Shown: positions 1 to 9,322, counted from the first letter of the stretch. The stretch is 64,000 nucleotides of DNA from a virus (IMGVR_UViG_3300010400_000001:32001-96000); one strand, 5' to 3'. Notes: generated by a model from the sequence alone, not told the origin. Numbers and translations: made by a program.

Positions 1-215
1 CTTTCCGAGGAGCGAGTCGACCCATGCTTTCTTTCGGTTCGGCGTCACCGGCGGCGTTTCTTTCGGATCTTCCTCACCGACCGAAAGCTCCCGTCGTCAT
101 AGTACTCGCGGCAGGCCTTGCGGAGCTGCTCTCCGTTCCTTGCGATAGCGCCAGGATGCCGCCGCTCCTCGTCGATGAGAAGAGCGAGGCGGTTCACTTT
201 CACGATTTCGAGCAT

Positions 216-884
216 TCAGAAGAGCCTCGCTACTTGCCAGGGGAGCTTAGGCGCCTTCGCGAGCCCTACGATCACCGCCGCTGCGTAGAGCCCGGCAGCG
301 CCGAGCGTGAGGCCGAGCATGAGGTGCGGACGACGAAGACTCAAGTACATGACGGCGGCGTTGTTCCACCGAATGACGTTCCCCGCGTAGTCGTCGGCCA
401 TCGCGAGGTTCCATTGGTTTTTGCCTGGACTGCAGACGCTGCCGCTGTTGTAGGCCGCGGCCATCTCGGGAAGCTCACCGCCGCGGCGGTCCCGTAGCTC
501 GGCGAGGAGGGCGACGCCGACGTCGATGTTCGAAGCCGGATCGAACATGGCGTCCGGATCGGCTCCGAAGAGCCGCGCCGTGGCCGGCATGATCTGCATA
601 AGTCCCCGCGCACCCGCGTACGATACCTTCGACGCTTGATCAGCCGGATCGTCCGACCAGAGGCCCGTCTCCTCGGTCATGATGGCGATAATCCACGCGG
701 GCGGGATGCCGTAGCGCTCGGAAGCGTCGAGGATGAGTCCCGACCAGTTCTTCCACGACCGCTCCATTTCGATGAAGTGAGCGCTCCCTGGTTCGAACGC
801 GGGCGTGCCCGAGCCTTCGACCTCGATGAGGCCGTCCGGCCTCATGTCCCACCTTTGGCCACCGCAAGCGTTCGTCAGCATCAA
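216..884 (-). CDS. Lytic transglycosylase (SLT/GH23-like) with C-terminal membrane anchor
   Basis: AIMTEET catalytic Glu, GARGLMQIMPATA, NIDVG, AAYNSG motifs; C-terminal hydrophobic helix followed by basic tail. Confidence 0.9.
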   Translation of the reverse strand: MMLTNACGGQRWDMRPDGLIEVEGSGTPAFEPGSAHFIEMERSWKNWSGLILDASERYGIPPAWIIAIMTEETGLWSDDPADQASKVSYAGARGLMQIMPATARLFGADPDAMFDPASNIDVGVALLAELRDRRGGELPEMAAAYNSGSVCSPGKNQWNLAMADDYAGNVIRWNNAAVMYLSLRRPHLMLGLTLGAAGLYAAAVIVGLAKAPKLPWQVARLF

Positions 885-1117
885 AAGTACTTTTCGTCGT
901 CGGGGTCGACGTGATCTTCGCTCACTTCGGCGAGCGCGCGGAGAGCGCCGACCGCCGCGATTACCCCAGCGGCTGCCCTTTGGGCGGCGACTTCTACCCT
1001 TTCGGGTACTTCGTCGCCATCTTTGATCGCTACGCGGAGCTCGTGCACAGCCGCCTCTAGACGCACCATGTCGCGCTTCAGTTGCTTGTCAATGTCCGCG
1101 ATTAACTCTGCAACCAT
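881..1117 (-). CDS. Hypothetical helical protein
   Basis: ORF coupled by ATGA overlap to the SLT gene; start trimmed to MVAEL. Confidence 0.55.
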   Translation of the reverse strand: MVAELIADIDKQLKRDMVRLEAAVHELRVAIKDGDEVPERVEVAAQRAAAGVIAAVGALRALAEVSEDHVDPDDEKYF

Positions 1118-1162
1118 CCACCGGATTCTACTCCGAAGGAGGCCTCGTGGTAACATCCCTCC

Positions 1163-1732
1163 GTGGACAGACGCTGGCTCCTTGGAGGGCTCCTCATCAT
1201 CGGAGGCGTGGGACTCGTTGCCGCTGCGACGAGAAGGCCCAAACTATCGGACAAAAGCCGTGTCCTTCTCTTCGGTGACAGCATGGCCGTCGGGCTCGGA
1301 CCCCACATGAAAGAGCTCGCGGAGGAAACCGGGGTCGACGCGTACGAGGGCAAGGGCATCGTCGGAAGCCGCATCGACCAGTGGGCGCGCGATCCGTGGC
1401 TCGACGAGGAACTCGTCGCGTTCGCGCCGACGCTGATTCTCGTGTCACTCGGAACGAACGACGAGGCGCTCGGCGACGGCGCGGCGGACCGGCAGGCGGA
1501 GGCGCTCGAGACGCTTCTCGGAAAACTCCTTCACACGGGCGCCGAGGTCGTCTGGATTGGTCCCCCGGCGCTCCCGTTTCCGCGCCATGGCGTCTCCGAC
1601 ATGATCCGCGAGGAAGCGCCGTTTTATTTTGCGAGCGAAACGCTCGACATTCCGAGATCGCCCGACGGACTTCATCCGAACGCCGTCGGCTACGCTGGCT
1701 GGGCTGGAGCAATCTGGAGGTGGCTTTCCTAA
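1163..1732 (+). CDS. SGNH/GDSL hydrolase with N-terminal membrane anchor
   Basis: Blocks FGDS, LGTND, DGLHP; N-terminal hydrophobic segment. Confidence 0.9.
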   Translation: MDRRWLLGGLLIIGGVGLVAAATRRPKLSDKSRVLLFGDSMAVGLGPHMKELAEETGVDAYEGKGIVGSRIDQWARDPWLDEELVAFAPTLILVSLGTNDEALGDGAADRQAEALETLLGKLLHTGAEVVWIGPPALPFPRHGVSDMIREEAPFYFASETLDIPRSPDGLHPNAVGYAGWAGAIWRWLS

Positions 1733-2107
1733 ATGGCAAAACCCGGAGAGATGCCTGGATTTTTCGATCGCTACTCGGTGGGGCACGCCGCGCTCGGCAT
1801 GGTGTTCGAAGCCTCCCGCATCCCTGCGCCGATTGCGCTCGGGAGCCACGTCCTCTTCGAGCTCGTCGAAGACGACGCCAAAAAGCTCATAAAGCCACTC
1901 TTCCCCGACACGCGGCCCGAGTCGCTCGAGAACCACACGGGCGACGTCGTCGCCTTCGCCGCCGGCTACTACGCGACGCGCGCCATGCGGGGGCAAGTCG
2001 AGAGCGAGCTCTTGCTCTCGGCCTTCGTGGGGCTCGGCGCGGCCATCTGGATGTGGTCGCTCCTTCGCTCGCCGGGCGGCGCGCCGCGGCCGGCGGCGGA
2101 GCTCTAG
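1733..2107 (+). CDS. Small integral membrane protein (possible metal-binding membrane hydrolase-like)
   Basis: Hydrophobic helices with D..S.GH, FELVE, ES..N..GD pattern; abuts previous stop. Confidence 0.6.
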   Translation: MAKPGEMPGFFDRYSVGHAALGMVFEASRIPAPIALGSHVLFELVEDDAKKLIKPLFPDTRPESLENHTGDVVAFAAGYYATRAMRGQVESELLLSAFVGLGAAIWMWSLLRSPGGAPRPAAEL

Positions 2108-2419
2108 ATGGATTCGAAGACGAAGGACCCCACCGAAGTCGCGCTCGAAGAAGCGATCGAGGTCCTCCTCAAGCTCGAAAAGCTCCTGCAGGCGCTCGAC
2201 CGAGAAAACCTCCGGGCCCTCGTCGAAGCCATCCCTTCGACCGAGCTCGACATGCGCATGGCCCGCCTCCGGCTCCAGCGAGTCCTCGACTCCCGAAGGC
2301 CCTGGGCAGACGAGAAGACCCCCGTAGATCCGATCCTAAAGCGCCGCGAAAGCTCGAATCGCATCCATACGCAGAAGATGCCGTTCCCGATGCCTCCGAA
2401 GGATCCGGAAAAGAAGTAA
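2108..2419 (+). CDS. Hypothetical protein
   Basis: Directly follows previous stop; helical composition. Confidence 0.6.
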   Translation: MDSKTKDPTEVALEEAIEVLLKLEKLLQALDRENLRALVEAIPSTELDMRMARLRLQRVLDSRRPWADEKTPVDPILKRRESSNRIHTQKMPFPMPPKDPEKK

Positions 2420-2424
2420 CCCTA

Positions 2425-2446
2425 GGCTAGCACTGCTAGCTATGGT
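2425..2446 (+). promoter_or_regulatory. Palindromic operator GCTAGCAcTGCTAGC followed by -10-like TATGGT
   Basis: Intergenic palindrome; identical 17-mer recurs at 41589-41605. Confidence 0.65.
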
Positions 2447-2458
2447 ACGAAAGGCGCT

Positions 2459-2644
2459 GTGCCGAAGGACAAAGAACGCGCCGACAAGAGGCACGTCATC
2501 TACCTCCGCATCCGGTCGGATCTCAGGGACAAGCTCCGTCGCATGGTCTCTGCCGAGCTCATGAACGGTGACGACGAAGCGAGCATGAACTCCGTCGTCA
2601 CCGAACTGATTGAATCGGCGAAAGACCCCGTGCTCGACGGCTAG
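2459..2644 (+). CDS. Arc/ribbon-helix-helix DNA-binding protein
   Basis: IYLRI..DLRDKL...SMNSVVTELIE, Arc-like pattern. Confidence 0.75.
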   Translation: MPKDKERADKRHVIYLRIRSDLRDKLRRMVSAELMNGDDEASMNSVVTELIESAKDPVLDG

Positions 2645-3495
2645 AGACTGACGCGGAGCGTTGCCGAGCGCACGAAGCCCGCGCCGCCGGCAACGACCTG
2701 AAGCCCGAGCTTCGAAAGCGCCGCATCGAACGGAGTGAGCGGCGCGAAGCCGAGCACGGACACGTTGTCGAATTCTCCGGCAGCCGTATGCGTGACGGCA
2801 TCGGCCAGAACGGTCGCGGCGCCGAGCGGGTCCTGAACGATCGACACCGTGACGTCGTTTGCGCCCGTCTCGTTGACGGTGACGCTCGCTTCCACGTGAG
2901 CAAAGATCGCTCGCTGCCCGGTGTACTGAAGCGTCTGACCCGCATCTGCCAGCGCGAACCCGTTGGCGTTCGCGATTGAATCGAACGTCAGGATCGTCGT
3001 CCCGCCCGCGATGGCCTGATTCACGCTGATGATGCCGCGAGCCCTGGGCTCGGACAGGCCGACACCCTGGGCGTTACTGGAAAACACCGTCATGCCCATG
3101 AACACCTGGCCCTTAGCGCCGCCGGCAAGCTGCTCGTCGACGATGCCGAAGGGGACAGAGGCAAACGGCGCGGGCTCCCCAGCCGCCGTCTTCGCAGCCA
3201 GGAAGGCCTCTGGGCTACCTCCCATGTAGCAGCGCACCTGCGTCGCCTGAAGACCTCCAGCAGTGCCGAAGAGACCACCGAACTCGACGTCGGTGCCGGC
3301 TGCCGTTTCGATGATCACAACGAACGTGTGCCCATCGCCTGCTCCGGCAAGCGTGATCGACGTGATGAACGTCGTCGTTCCGTCGACATTAAGCAGAACC
3401 TCGTTCACCAGATTCTGCAGAGTCTCTGGATCTGCGCCTTCGACGAAGATTGGGTCTAGTGACGCCGTGGACGTAACATTTCCAAATTGTGTCAT
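2641..3495 (-). CDS. LAGAGDG-domain protein with C-terminal beta-sandwich (BclA-CTD/C1q-like) head, no collagen
   Basis: [12 protein letters not shown] and GGAKGQVFMGM motifs; beta-rich C-terminus. Confidence 0.7.
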   Translation of the reverse strand: MTQFGNVTSTASLDPIFVEGADPETLQNLVNEVLLNVDGTTTFITSITLAGAGDGHTFVVIIETAAGTDVEFGGLFGTAGGLQATQVRCYMGGSPEAFLAAKTAAGEPAPFASVPFGIVDEQLAGGAKGQVFMGMTVFSSNAQGVGLSEPRARGIISVNQAIAGGTTILTFDSIANANGFALADAGQTLQYTGQRAIFAHVEASVTVNETGANDVTVSIVQDPLGAATVLADAVTHTAAGEFDNVSVLGFAPLTPFDAALSKLGLQVVAGGAGFVRSATLRVSL

Positions 3496-3944
3496 GTTGT
3501 TGGGTCTCCCTGCTCCTTCACTCCTGCAACGAACGCCATAAAGCGTGTTGTCCGTCCGGATCCGGAAACACCCATGGTCATGGAAGAAATCCGCGTCGCT
3601 CCATTCCTCAGCGCAGCAATCGCGGACTCCTGATACTCCGAGAGCGCCTCGGCGTCAGCGCCGAGCCAGAACTTCGCCGTCACGCGCTCGAGTTCTTCTG
3701 CCTCCCATTCTCCCTCTGTGTGATCGCAGAGGAAGAAATGGAACGCAAAGACGTCACCCGAGCTCGAGAGGCCGACGTCGACGACCGAGAGGGGCTTCTT
3801 CCCGAGCTTTTTTCTCTCGGCGTTTTCGCTGATGATCTCCCGCATCTTCTGAAGAAAGTGCTGCTCCATTGCAGGGCCCTCGGTGCCCTGAATGAAGTCG
3901 ACGCGAGCGGTAGCGTCAGACGGGGTGTTGAACTTGAACCTCAA
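3492..3944 (-). CDS. Divergent stand-alone LAGAGDG-family domain
   Basis: DVGLSSSGDVFAF, FWLGADAEAL, GSGRTTRFMAFV align with the family motifs. Confidence 0.6.
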   Translation of the reverse strand: MRFKFNTPSDATARVDFIQGTEGPAMEQHFLQKMREIISENAERKKLGKKPLSVVDVGLSSSGDVFAFHFFLCDHTEGEWEAEELERVTAKFWLGADAEALSEYQESAIAALRNGATRISSMTMGVSGSGRTTRFMAFVAGVKEQGDPTT

Positions 3945-3956
3945 ATGCGCTTCTCG

Positions 3957-4496
3957 TTAGCCGGGGTTTTGCGGGGGCGGGATCAGCCCGACGACGCCGC
4001 ACATGAAGCGCGTCCCCTTGGCGGCTCCCGCTACGGCGAGGAACGGAGTGAAGAGCGTTGCGTCTCCGCCCGGAGTGCCCGCCAGCTGATCGAGGAGCGC
4101 AGTGATGGCGACGTTCATCGACGCTTCCACACTCTCCTGATCGCTCGCGAGCGCGAACTTGGCTACAAAGAGCGAGGGATCCAGAAAGACCGCGGTGGGA
4201 TTTAGCGGCAGCGAGGCTGACTCACCCAAAAGGACGTTCTGCACGCCGGCCAGCGCCACGCGCGTGAACGTCACCGTGAAGATGAACGTATGGCCGTCGC
4301 CGGCGCCCGCGAGGTTTGCGTCGACGGGCGTGAATTTGTTTTGCGGATCTTCGATCGTGTCGTTCAGGGCGACGATCTCCGCCAGGTGAAGCGCCACCAC
4401 GCGCGCCATCTCTTCCGGATCGGCTGCCTGCGCATGCCGAACGATGTAGTTACTGACGCCGCTTGTGCGCGAAAGAACCGCGATCGTAAGTGCCAT
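3957..4496 (-). CDS. Stand-alone LAGAGDG-family protein
   Basis: ADPEE, DANLAGAGDGHTF, GAAKGTRFM; start trimmed to MALTIA. Confidence 0.75.
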   Translation of the reverse strand: MALTIAVLSRTSGVSNYIVRHAQAADPEEMARVVALHLAEIVALNDTIEDPQNKFTPVDANLAGAGDGHTFIFTVTFTRVALAGVQNVLLGESASLPLNPTAVFLDPSLFVAKFALASDQESVEASMNVAITALLDQLAGTPGGDATLFTPFLAVAGAAKGTRFMCGVVGLIPPPQNPG

Positions 4497-4546
4497 GGGA
4501 TTTTCCCTTTTGTGAGGCCACGGTCCGGCTTTGGCGCGGACCTCGG

Positions 4547-5050
4547 CTAAAAGAGAGCGTATCCGGTTCGCAGGCGTCGCGCTAGGTAGAAGCCGCCGCC
4601 AGCCAAAAACGCCCCTAGTGCGAGCTGCACTCCCGGTCGGGAGAGGAGCGGCCTGTCGTCCGCCCACGGCGCGCCGGGGACCGGGCACTCGGTCGTCGTC
4701 GGGCACACATCGCTAATTTTCACGCCCGGGTGCCACTCGAAGTGCCCTAAGTCGCCGAAGGAAAAGTCGCCGCCCCAAACGCCGCCCATCCGTTTCCATT
4801 CATGGCCGAGAAGGGCGTACTCGCTCTCGGTCCCGTCAATCTCCAGGTCAGCAGCACGTCCCCACACGTGCCACGATTGGCAGCCCCGCGCCTGAGTGAC
4901 GACGCCGGCGCCGCCTTCGTAGATAGCATTCTGCTCGGCGCAGGTCCTCCGAGTCGAGACGACGCGTGCCAGGATGCCGTTCTTCTCCGCAAAACGGAGA
5001 AGCTGCCCGAGCTTCTGCTCCATCCATGGCGTGAGCTCGTCGGAGGACAA
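4547..5050 (-). CDS. M15-family peptidoglycan peptidase with C-terminal membrane anchor
   Basis: R..EQ, SWH..GRAAD, WGGDF, D.GHFE motifs; C-terminal hydrophobic helix plus RRLR. Confidence 0.85.
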   Translation of the reverse strand: MSSDELTPWMEQKLGQLLRFAEKNGILARVVSTRRTCAEQNAIYEGGAGVVTQARGCQSWHVWGRAADLEIDGTESEYALLGHEWKRMGGVWGGDFSFGDLGHFEWHPGVKISDVCPTTTECPVPGAPWADDRPLLSRPGVQLALGAFLAGGGFYLARRLRTGYALF

Positions 5051-5410
5051 TTACTCCCCGCTCGAGATCACTGTCGGGTTCGGATCGAGCGCGACCGGAT
5101 TCGGTGCGAGGTCGGGCTTCTTCCGCGCGCGCCCGCGGTAGACTTCTGCCGTCACGTTCTCTCCGGTCCGTGCCTCGTACTGGGCGATGACCCGAAAGCC
5201 CTGACGGCTCTTCGGGTTCGTAGTGACTGCTCGGTCGTGCTTGCCCTGGGTTGCGCCGATGCGAGCCAGATCCTTTGCGGCAGAAAGCACGAGCGGATTG
5301 CGATTCACGTGACGGACAGGATGCTTTCTGTCGCGCACCCCCATTTCCCACACGTGATAACGAGCACTGCGGATCACTTGTTTTATTTTTTTCGGCGTCA
5401 GAAGAGCCAT
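5051..5410 (-). CDS. Basic protein with repeated NP motifs
   Basis: Lys/Arg-rich; start trimmed to MALLTPKK. Confidence 0.6.
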   Translation of the reverse strand: MALLTPKKIKQVIRSARYHVWEMGVRDRKHPVRHVNRNPLVLSAAKDLARIGATQGKHDRAVTTNPKSRQGFRVIAQYEARTGENVTAEVYRGRARKKPDLAPNPVALDPNPTVISSGE

Positions 5411-5429
5411 TACAGATCTCCTTTGATCA

Positions 5430-6242
5430 TCACGCCGCCTTTGCCCAATCGAGAACGACGTCCTTCGGATAGTTCGGGCCGGGGTCCGTGTGCGTCGTCT
5501 GGTGGAATGCCTGCGTAACGTCCACGTGCGTGCAAAGACCTCGGCCTCCCGCCTTGAGCTCGGCGACCGTGAGCCACGTGAGAGGGATCGACCACTTCCT
5601 CGCCTCGAAGGCGACGAGCCTGGCAACGAGCTTCAACATTCGCTGGCCGTATTCGTCGAGCCACTCGTCGCGCGTCTGCTTCGAGTAGCCTGCCTGCTCG
5701 ATGCCGATCGAGCGCTCGTTCGGCGGCGCGTGGTAGGCGATGTGCTCGTCCTTCACGGACTGGATGATGCTATCCAAGTCGACGATGTAGTGAGCGCTCG
5801 CCGGCTTCGGAGGACCGAGCTTGAAGTACGAGGCGATCGCCTCGGCGCTGTTGAAGTACTCGCCGTCCTCTGCCGCGTGGAGCACGATGATATCGACGGC
5901 TTTCCTGTCGGCCCACTGCCAGTACTTTGCAGGGATGTAGGGGATCGGCGGCAAGTCGCCCGGAAACGGGATCGGCTCATCGAAGAGCAGTGGGTTAATG
6001 GCCGCACGCGTGTCCTTGCCGACGACGCCGTCCACCGGAACGAGCGCCCGGCGCGACTGGAACACTCTCGTGACAGCGTCTGTATGATCGCCGAAGAACC
6101 CATCGACTGCGATCGGCCACTCGTAGGGCCACTTCTCCGGACGCCGCTCGTAGCGCTGCACTTCTTGCCAGGCCGCGACGTCGTGCCCCCGCATGCCCTT
6201 CTTGAGTAGAGGGCGCCAGAGAGACGGCGCTGGCTTGATCAC
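5430..6242 (-). CDS. Endolysin: peptidoglycan-binding domain plus Amidase_2 (N-acetylmuramoyl-L-alanine amidase)
   Basis: G.DV..WQ / VDGFFG..T / FQ..VDGVVG; IVLH, SAHY, SIGIE, H..DPGP. Confidence 0.92.
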   Translation of the reverse strand: MIKPAPSLWRPLLKKGMRGHDVAAWQEVQRYERRPEKWPYEWPIAVDGFFGDHTDAVTRVFQSRRALVPVDGVVGKDTRAAINPLLFDEPIPFPGDLPPIPYIPAKYWQWADRKAVDIIVLHAAEDGEYFNSAEAIASYFKLGPPKPASAHYIVDLDSIIQSVKDEHIAYHAPPNERSIGIEQAGYSKQTRDEWLDEYGQRMLKLVARLVAFEARKWSIPLTWLTVAELKAGGRGLCTHVDVTQAFHQTTHTDPGPNYPKDVVLDWAKAA

Positions 6243-6974
6243 GCTTCCTCCTCTTCGTTTGGGCAGAGGATGATGAGCTGATCGGCCGCTTCACGAAGGA
6301 GCGCCGCCTCATCGAGGTACGCCGAGCGGCCGGGCTCGCTCTCCCCCGCGTGCCTCTCGTGGAGATCGGCGCGCTCTCGCAAGCGTCGAATGAGACGGCG
6401 AATACGGCGCTCGTTGTCGCTCACTGTCCCTTGTCCTCTGGTAGTGACGGGATCCCAGTCTCGAGCTCCGTGACCCAGCGACGGAGCTCGTCCGCGAGAA
6501 GCACCGCTTCCGCCTTCGTTCTGAACTCGAGCCGCACTCCCGGCATCGGCGCTTTGACGAGAGTGGCAGTGACGCCTTCAGGAAGACGCATCACCGTCTG
6601 CCAAAGCCACGTGCGATCCGGATCCGTCATTGGAAGAGCTCGCGCCTCGCCCTCAAACGTTTGGCAACGCCCTCCCAAGTATCGGACTGGTGGAGTTCGA
6701 TTCCGAGCTCGAGAGAAGCGCCAGCAAGAGCGCAGATGCCCTCGATCGTCACGCGCCCCTCGATTGTCTCGAGCACGTTCGAGAGCGGCTGTCCGTTCGC
6801 AACCCAGAGCAGACGCTTCGGCTCGCGGCCCCGCATGTGCCGATGAAGCGCCCGGTAGATGGTCTGGATCTCTTCGTCGTAGCGCTCGGTCACGCTGTCA
6901 TCGGCAATACGAATGCGATCTTCTGTTGCGAGCGCCTTCGCCTCACCGAGCACCGTCTTTGCCTTTTCATCCAC
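6239..6974 (-). CDS. Three small coupled hypothetical genes (6239-6424, ~6421-6630, 6627-6974)
   Basis: Chain of ORFs linked by 4-nt stop/start overlaps. Confidence 0.55.
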
Positions 6975-6980
6975 GACGTT

Positions 6981-7562
6981 TTACCTATCGATCGACACCG
7001 ACACGGGAAGGAGCGCGAACGAGCCCTTCTCTGGCTCCTGAAGATTGCACGGGCGCCCGGCGCTCGACGGGACTTCGATGTGCCGCCCTGCTTCGCACCA
7101 CGAGCTACCGCTTCCCGTGTTCTTCGTCGCGATCTTTTGCCCTCGCGACGCGAGCCACGAGGACGGATCGATGCTCACGATCGCGCCTCCTGGCGTAAAC
7201 CCAGTCACGCCGAAAAAGACCTGGCCGAGCGACGTTCCGATCTCCTGCCCGCGCCCGACGTATTGGCCCTCTTGAAAATCGTGCGGCTCTACCCCGTCGT
7301 ACATCAGAACGACCGGCTCCGAGAGCGACGCGAGGTGGAGGAACCTGTCGCCCACTGCCGCGACGCGTCCGCTCACCGTGGAGTACACCGGAGTACCCTC
7401 CGGGGTAGCAATTGCGAGGCTCGGGTCACATACCTTGGACCTATTAGGGCCCGGACAGGCACTCACCGTTCCCGTTTTGACAACCGCACGGTTCGGTCGA
7501 AAAAAGGTCTTGATGATGGCGACTCCAGCAATGGCTCCGAGGACATACGGCGCTGTGCTCAT
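6981..7562 (-). CDS. M23 peptidase-like protein lacking zinc ligands, N-terminal membrane anchor
   Basis: IATPEGTPVYS...GRV and EGQYVGRGQEIG match M23 fold; HxxxD and HxH absent. Confidence 0.7.
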   Translation of the reverse strand: MSTAPYVLGAIAGVAIIKTFFRPNRAVVKTGTVSACPGPNRSKVCDPSLAIATPEGTPVYSTVSGRVAAVGDRFLHLASLSEPVVLMYDGVEPHDFQEGQYVGRGQEIGTSLGQVFFGVTGFTPGGAIVSIDPSSWLASRGQKIATKNTGSGSSWCEAGRHIEVPSSAGRPCNLQEPEKGSFALLPVSVSIDR

Positions 7563-7628
7563 TTGCCTAAGCATGCCGGAACTAGGCGCGCCGGACAAGT
7601 CTTGGTAGCCTTTGAGGGAAGACGAGCC

Positions 7629-7916
7629 ATGAAGTTCTCGGCGGAAATCCCGTGGGTCTCGGTCGAGCAGTACCAGAGGACGTTCGGCGTTCACTGCGAA
7701 GTCTGCGGTGTCGTCGGGGAAGTGCCGACGCTCGGTTACGTCAATGCTTTCGCCAATGAACATCGCGAGCATCGAGCGGCCTCCGATCACTTCGGCCTAG
7801 GCGACGCCGTCCACCGTCTTGCCGCGCCGATTGCGCGCGCCTTCGGCCAAAAACCATGCACGCCGTGCGAAGCGCGGCGGCGGCAGCTGAACGGACTTGT
7901 CCGGCGTCCCTGGTAA
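7629..7916 (+). CDS. Small Cys/His protein (GLGD...CxPC..RR..LN)
   Basis: CEVC..H...H and CTPC; start trimmed to MKFSAE. Confidence 0.65.
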   Translation: MKFSAEIPWVSVEQYQRTFGVHCEVCGVVGEVPTLGYVNAFANEHREHRAASDHFGLGDAVHRLAAPIARAFGQKPCTPCEARRRQLNGLVRRPW

Positions 7917-7926
7917 GGAGCCACTT

Positions 7927-8133
7927 GTGAAAGACGAACAGGAAGTCCCGACAAACCCAACGAACGAAAATGACCCTGTCATGGCTGCCGTCGCGCGCAT
8001 CGAAGGCAAGCTCGACACGCTGACGGGCATCGCCCGGATGATCGTGGACGAGCTCCAAGTCCAAAAGAAGCAGATCCGGGATCACGAAGAGCGGATTTCG
8101 TATCTCGACATGGTTCCAGGGAGCCCCGCATGA
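7927..8133 (+). CDS. Small coiled-coil protein
   Basis: AAGGAG SD before GTG; heptad pattern. Confidence 0.55.
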   Translation: MKDEQEVPTNPTNENDPVMAAVARIEGKLDTLTGIARMIVDELQVQKKQIRDHEERISYLDMVPGSPA

Positions 8134-8522
8134 TGAGCGACTCACAGGAAGCGCGACTCACGTCCCTCGAGCGCTGGCGAGAAGCCGTCGACCACGAGCG
8201 CGGAGTCATCATGCGTGACCTCGGCTCGTTTCAAGCGACCCTCGACGCCATCTCGAGTCAGGTATCGCAGCTCAACTTGCAAGTGACCACTCGACTCGAC
8301 GGGATCTCCGACAAGCTCGACGACAGACCGAGCCGGAGCGAGTTCGATAGGGACATGGACAGCATCCGAGCGAAGACTCGAATAAAGCCGAGCCTCACGA
8401 AGCTCGATCTCATCCTGCCCGGCAACATCCGAGTGAAGCTTCTCGGCGTGAGCGGCATCACCATCGTGCTCGCGCTCCTGCTCATCGCCTCTGCCATCGT
8501 CTTTTGGATCCTTCACAAGTAG
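8130..8522 (+). CDS. Coiled-coil protein with C-terminal TM helix (holin-like candidate)
   Basis: Heptads then ITIVLALLLIASAIVFWIL. Confidence 0.6.
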   Translation: MMSDSQEARLTSLERWREAVDHERGVIMRDLGSFQATLDAISSQVSQLNLQVTTRLDGISDKLDDRPSRSEFDRDMDSIRAKTRIKPSLTKLDLILPGNIRVKLLGVSGITIVLALLLIASAIVFWILHK

Positions 8523-8527
8523 CCACT

Positions 8528-9198
8528 ATGTCAGAAGGCACCTTCATGCTCGTCGACGAGGCCACCACCCAGGACGGTCTCGTACGCATTCTGGCCGGCA
8601 CGGGCGGCGCTTGGCTCTATCGACCGGGCGAGCCTCCAGAGCGACTTGATATCGACGACGCGAAGGCGCGCATTTTGAGGGCGCGACTCGGGGGACAATG
8701 ACCAAAAAGCCTGACGCGGGACCGAGCATGCCGCCCATGCGACCGGTGACGCAGAAGGACTTTTCGAGGCCGGGGCAGCGCTTCGTATGCTGGCTCCGCT
8801 GCACCGTCGTCGCCTCGCACGGAAAGCACGCCATCCTCGACAACGGAGGGGGCTTCGTGGCGATCGCTGGCTCTGGCTCGAGTGAATACGATTTGCGACC
8901 GGGCGACGAAGTCTTCGTGAGCGTCGACCGAGCGCTCCGCGAAGGCGAGACGGACGACCAAGGCGGCGACCAGAAAGCGTAAGCCTAGGGAATGGACGAC
9001 GAGCCGCAAAAGAGAGCTGCCGATTGGCCGTTCGCAGTGATTGCGCTCGGCATCCTTGCGACCTGGATGTTCAAGTGCTGGCAGTCGCTAAGGAGCGATC
9101 CCGAGCTTTGGCAGAAGGGCGCAGCAGTCCTTGGAATCGTCGCAACGCTCATCCTCGCGTCAATCGTGCTCATCAACACGGTCCGACGGTACCCTTGA
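8528..9198 (+). CDS. Three small hypothetical genes (8528-8701, 8698-8982, 8992-9198; last has two TM helices)
   Basis: Tightly packed co-oriented ORFs. Confidence 0.5.
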
Positions 9199-9223
9199 CA
9201 AGGAAAGAGGGCGGATCCATGGT
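9195..9223 (+). promoter_or_regulatory. Sigma70-like promoter TTGACA-17-CATGGT
   Basis: Perfect -35 at 9195-9200, -10-like at 9218-9223; predicted start near ATG 9231. Confidence 0.65.
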
Positions 9224-9230
9224 GTCCGGC

Positions 9231-9251
9231 ATGCGAAGCTCGTCTCATTGA
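9231..9251 (+). CDS. Putative leaderless minigene MRSSSH
   Basis: ATG at predicted TSS, TGA at 9249-9251 just before terminator hairpin. Confidence 0.45.
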   Translation: MRSSSH

Positions 9252-9279
9252 CAGTCAGCGCCTCGAGCGCTCGATGAGC

Positions 9280-9314
9280 AAAAGGCCTGCGGGAGTATCC
9301 CCGTCAGGCTTTTT
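9280..9314 (+). terminator. Intrinsic terminator/attenuator hairpin upstream of tRNA-like cluster
   Basis: AAAAGGCCTG-CGGG..CCCG-T-CAGGCTTTTT. Confidence 0.75.
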
Positions 9315-9322
9315 CGCATTTT

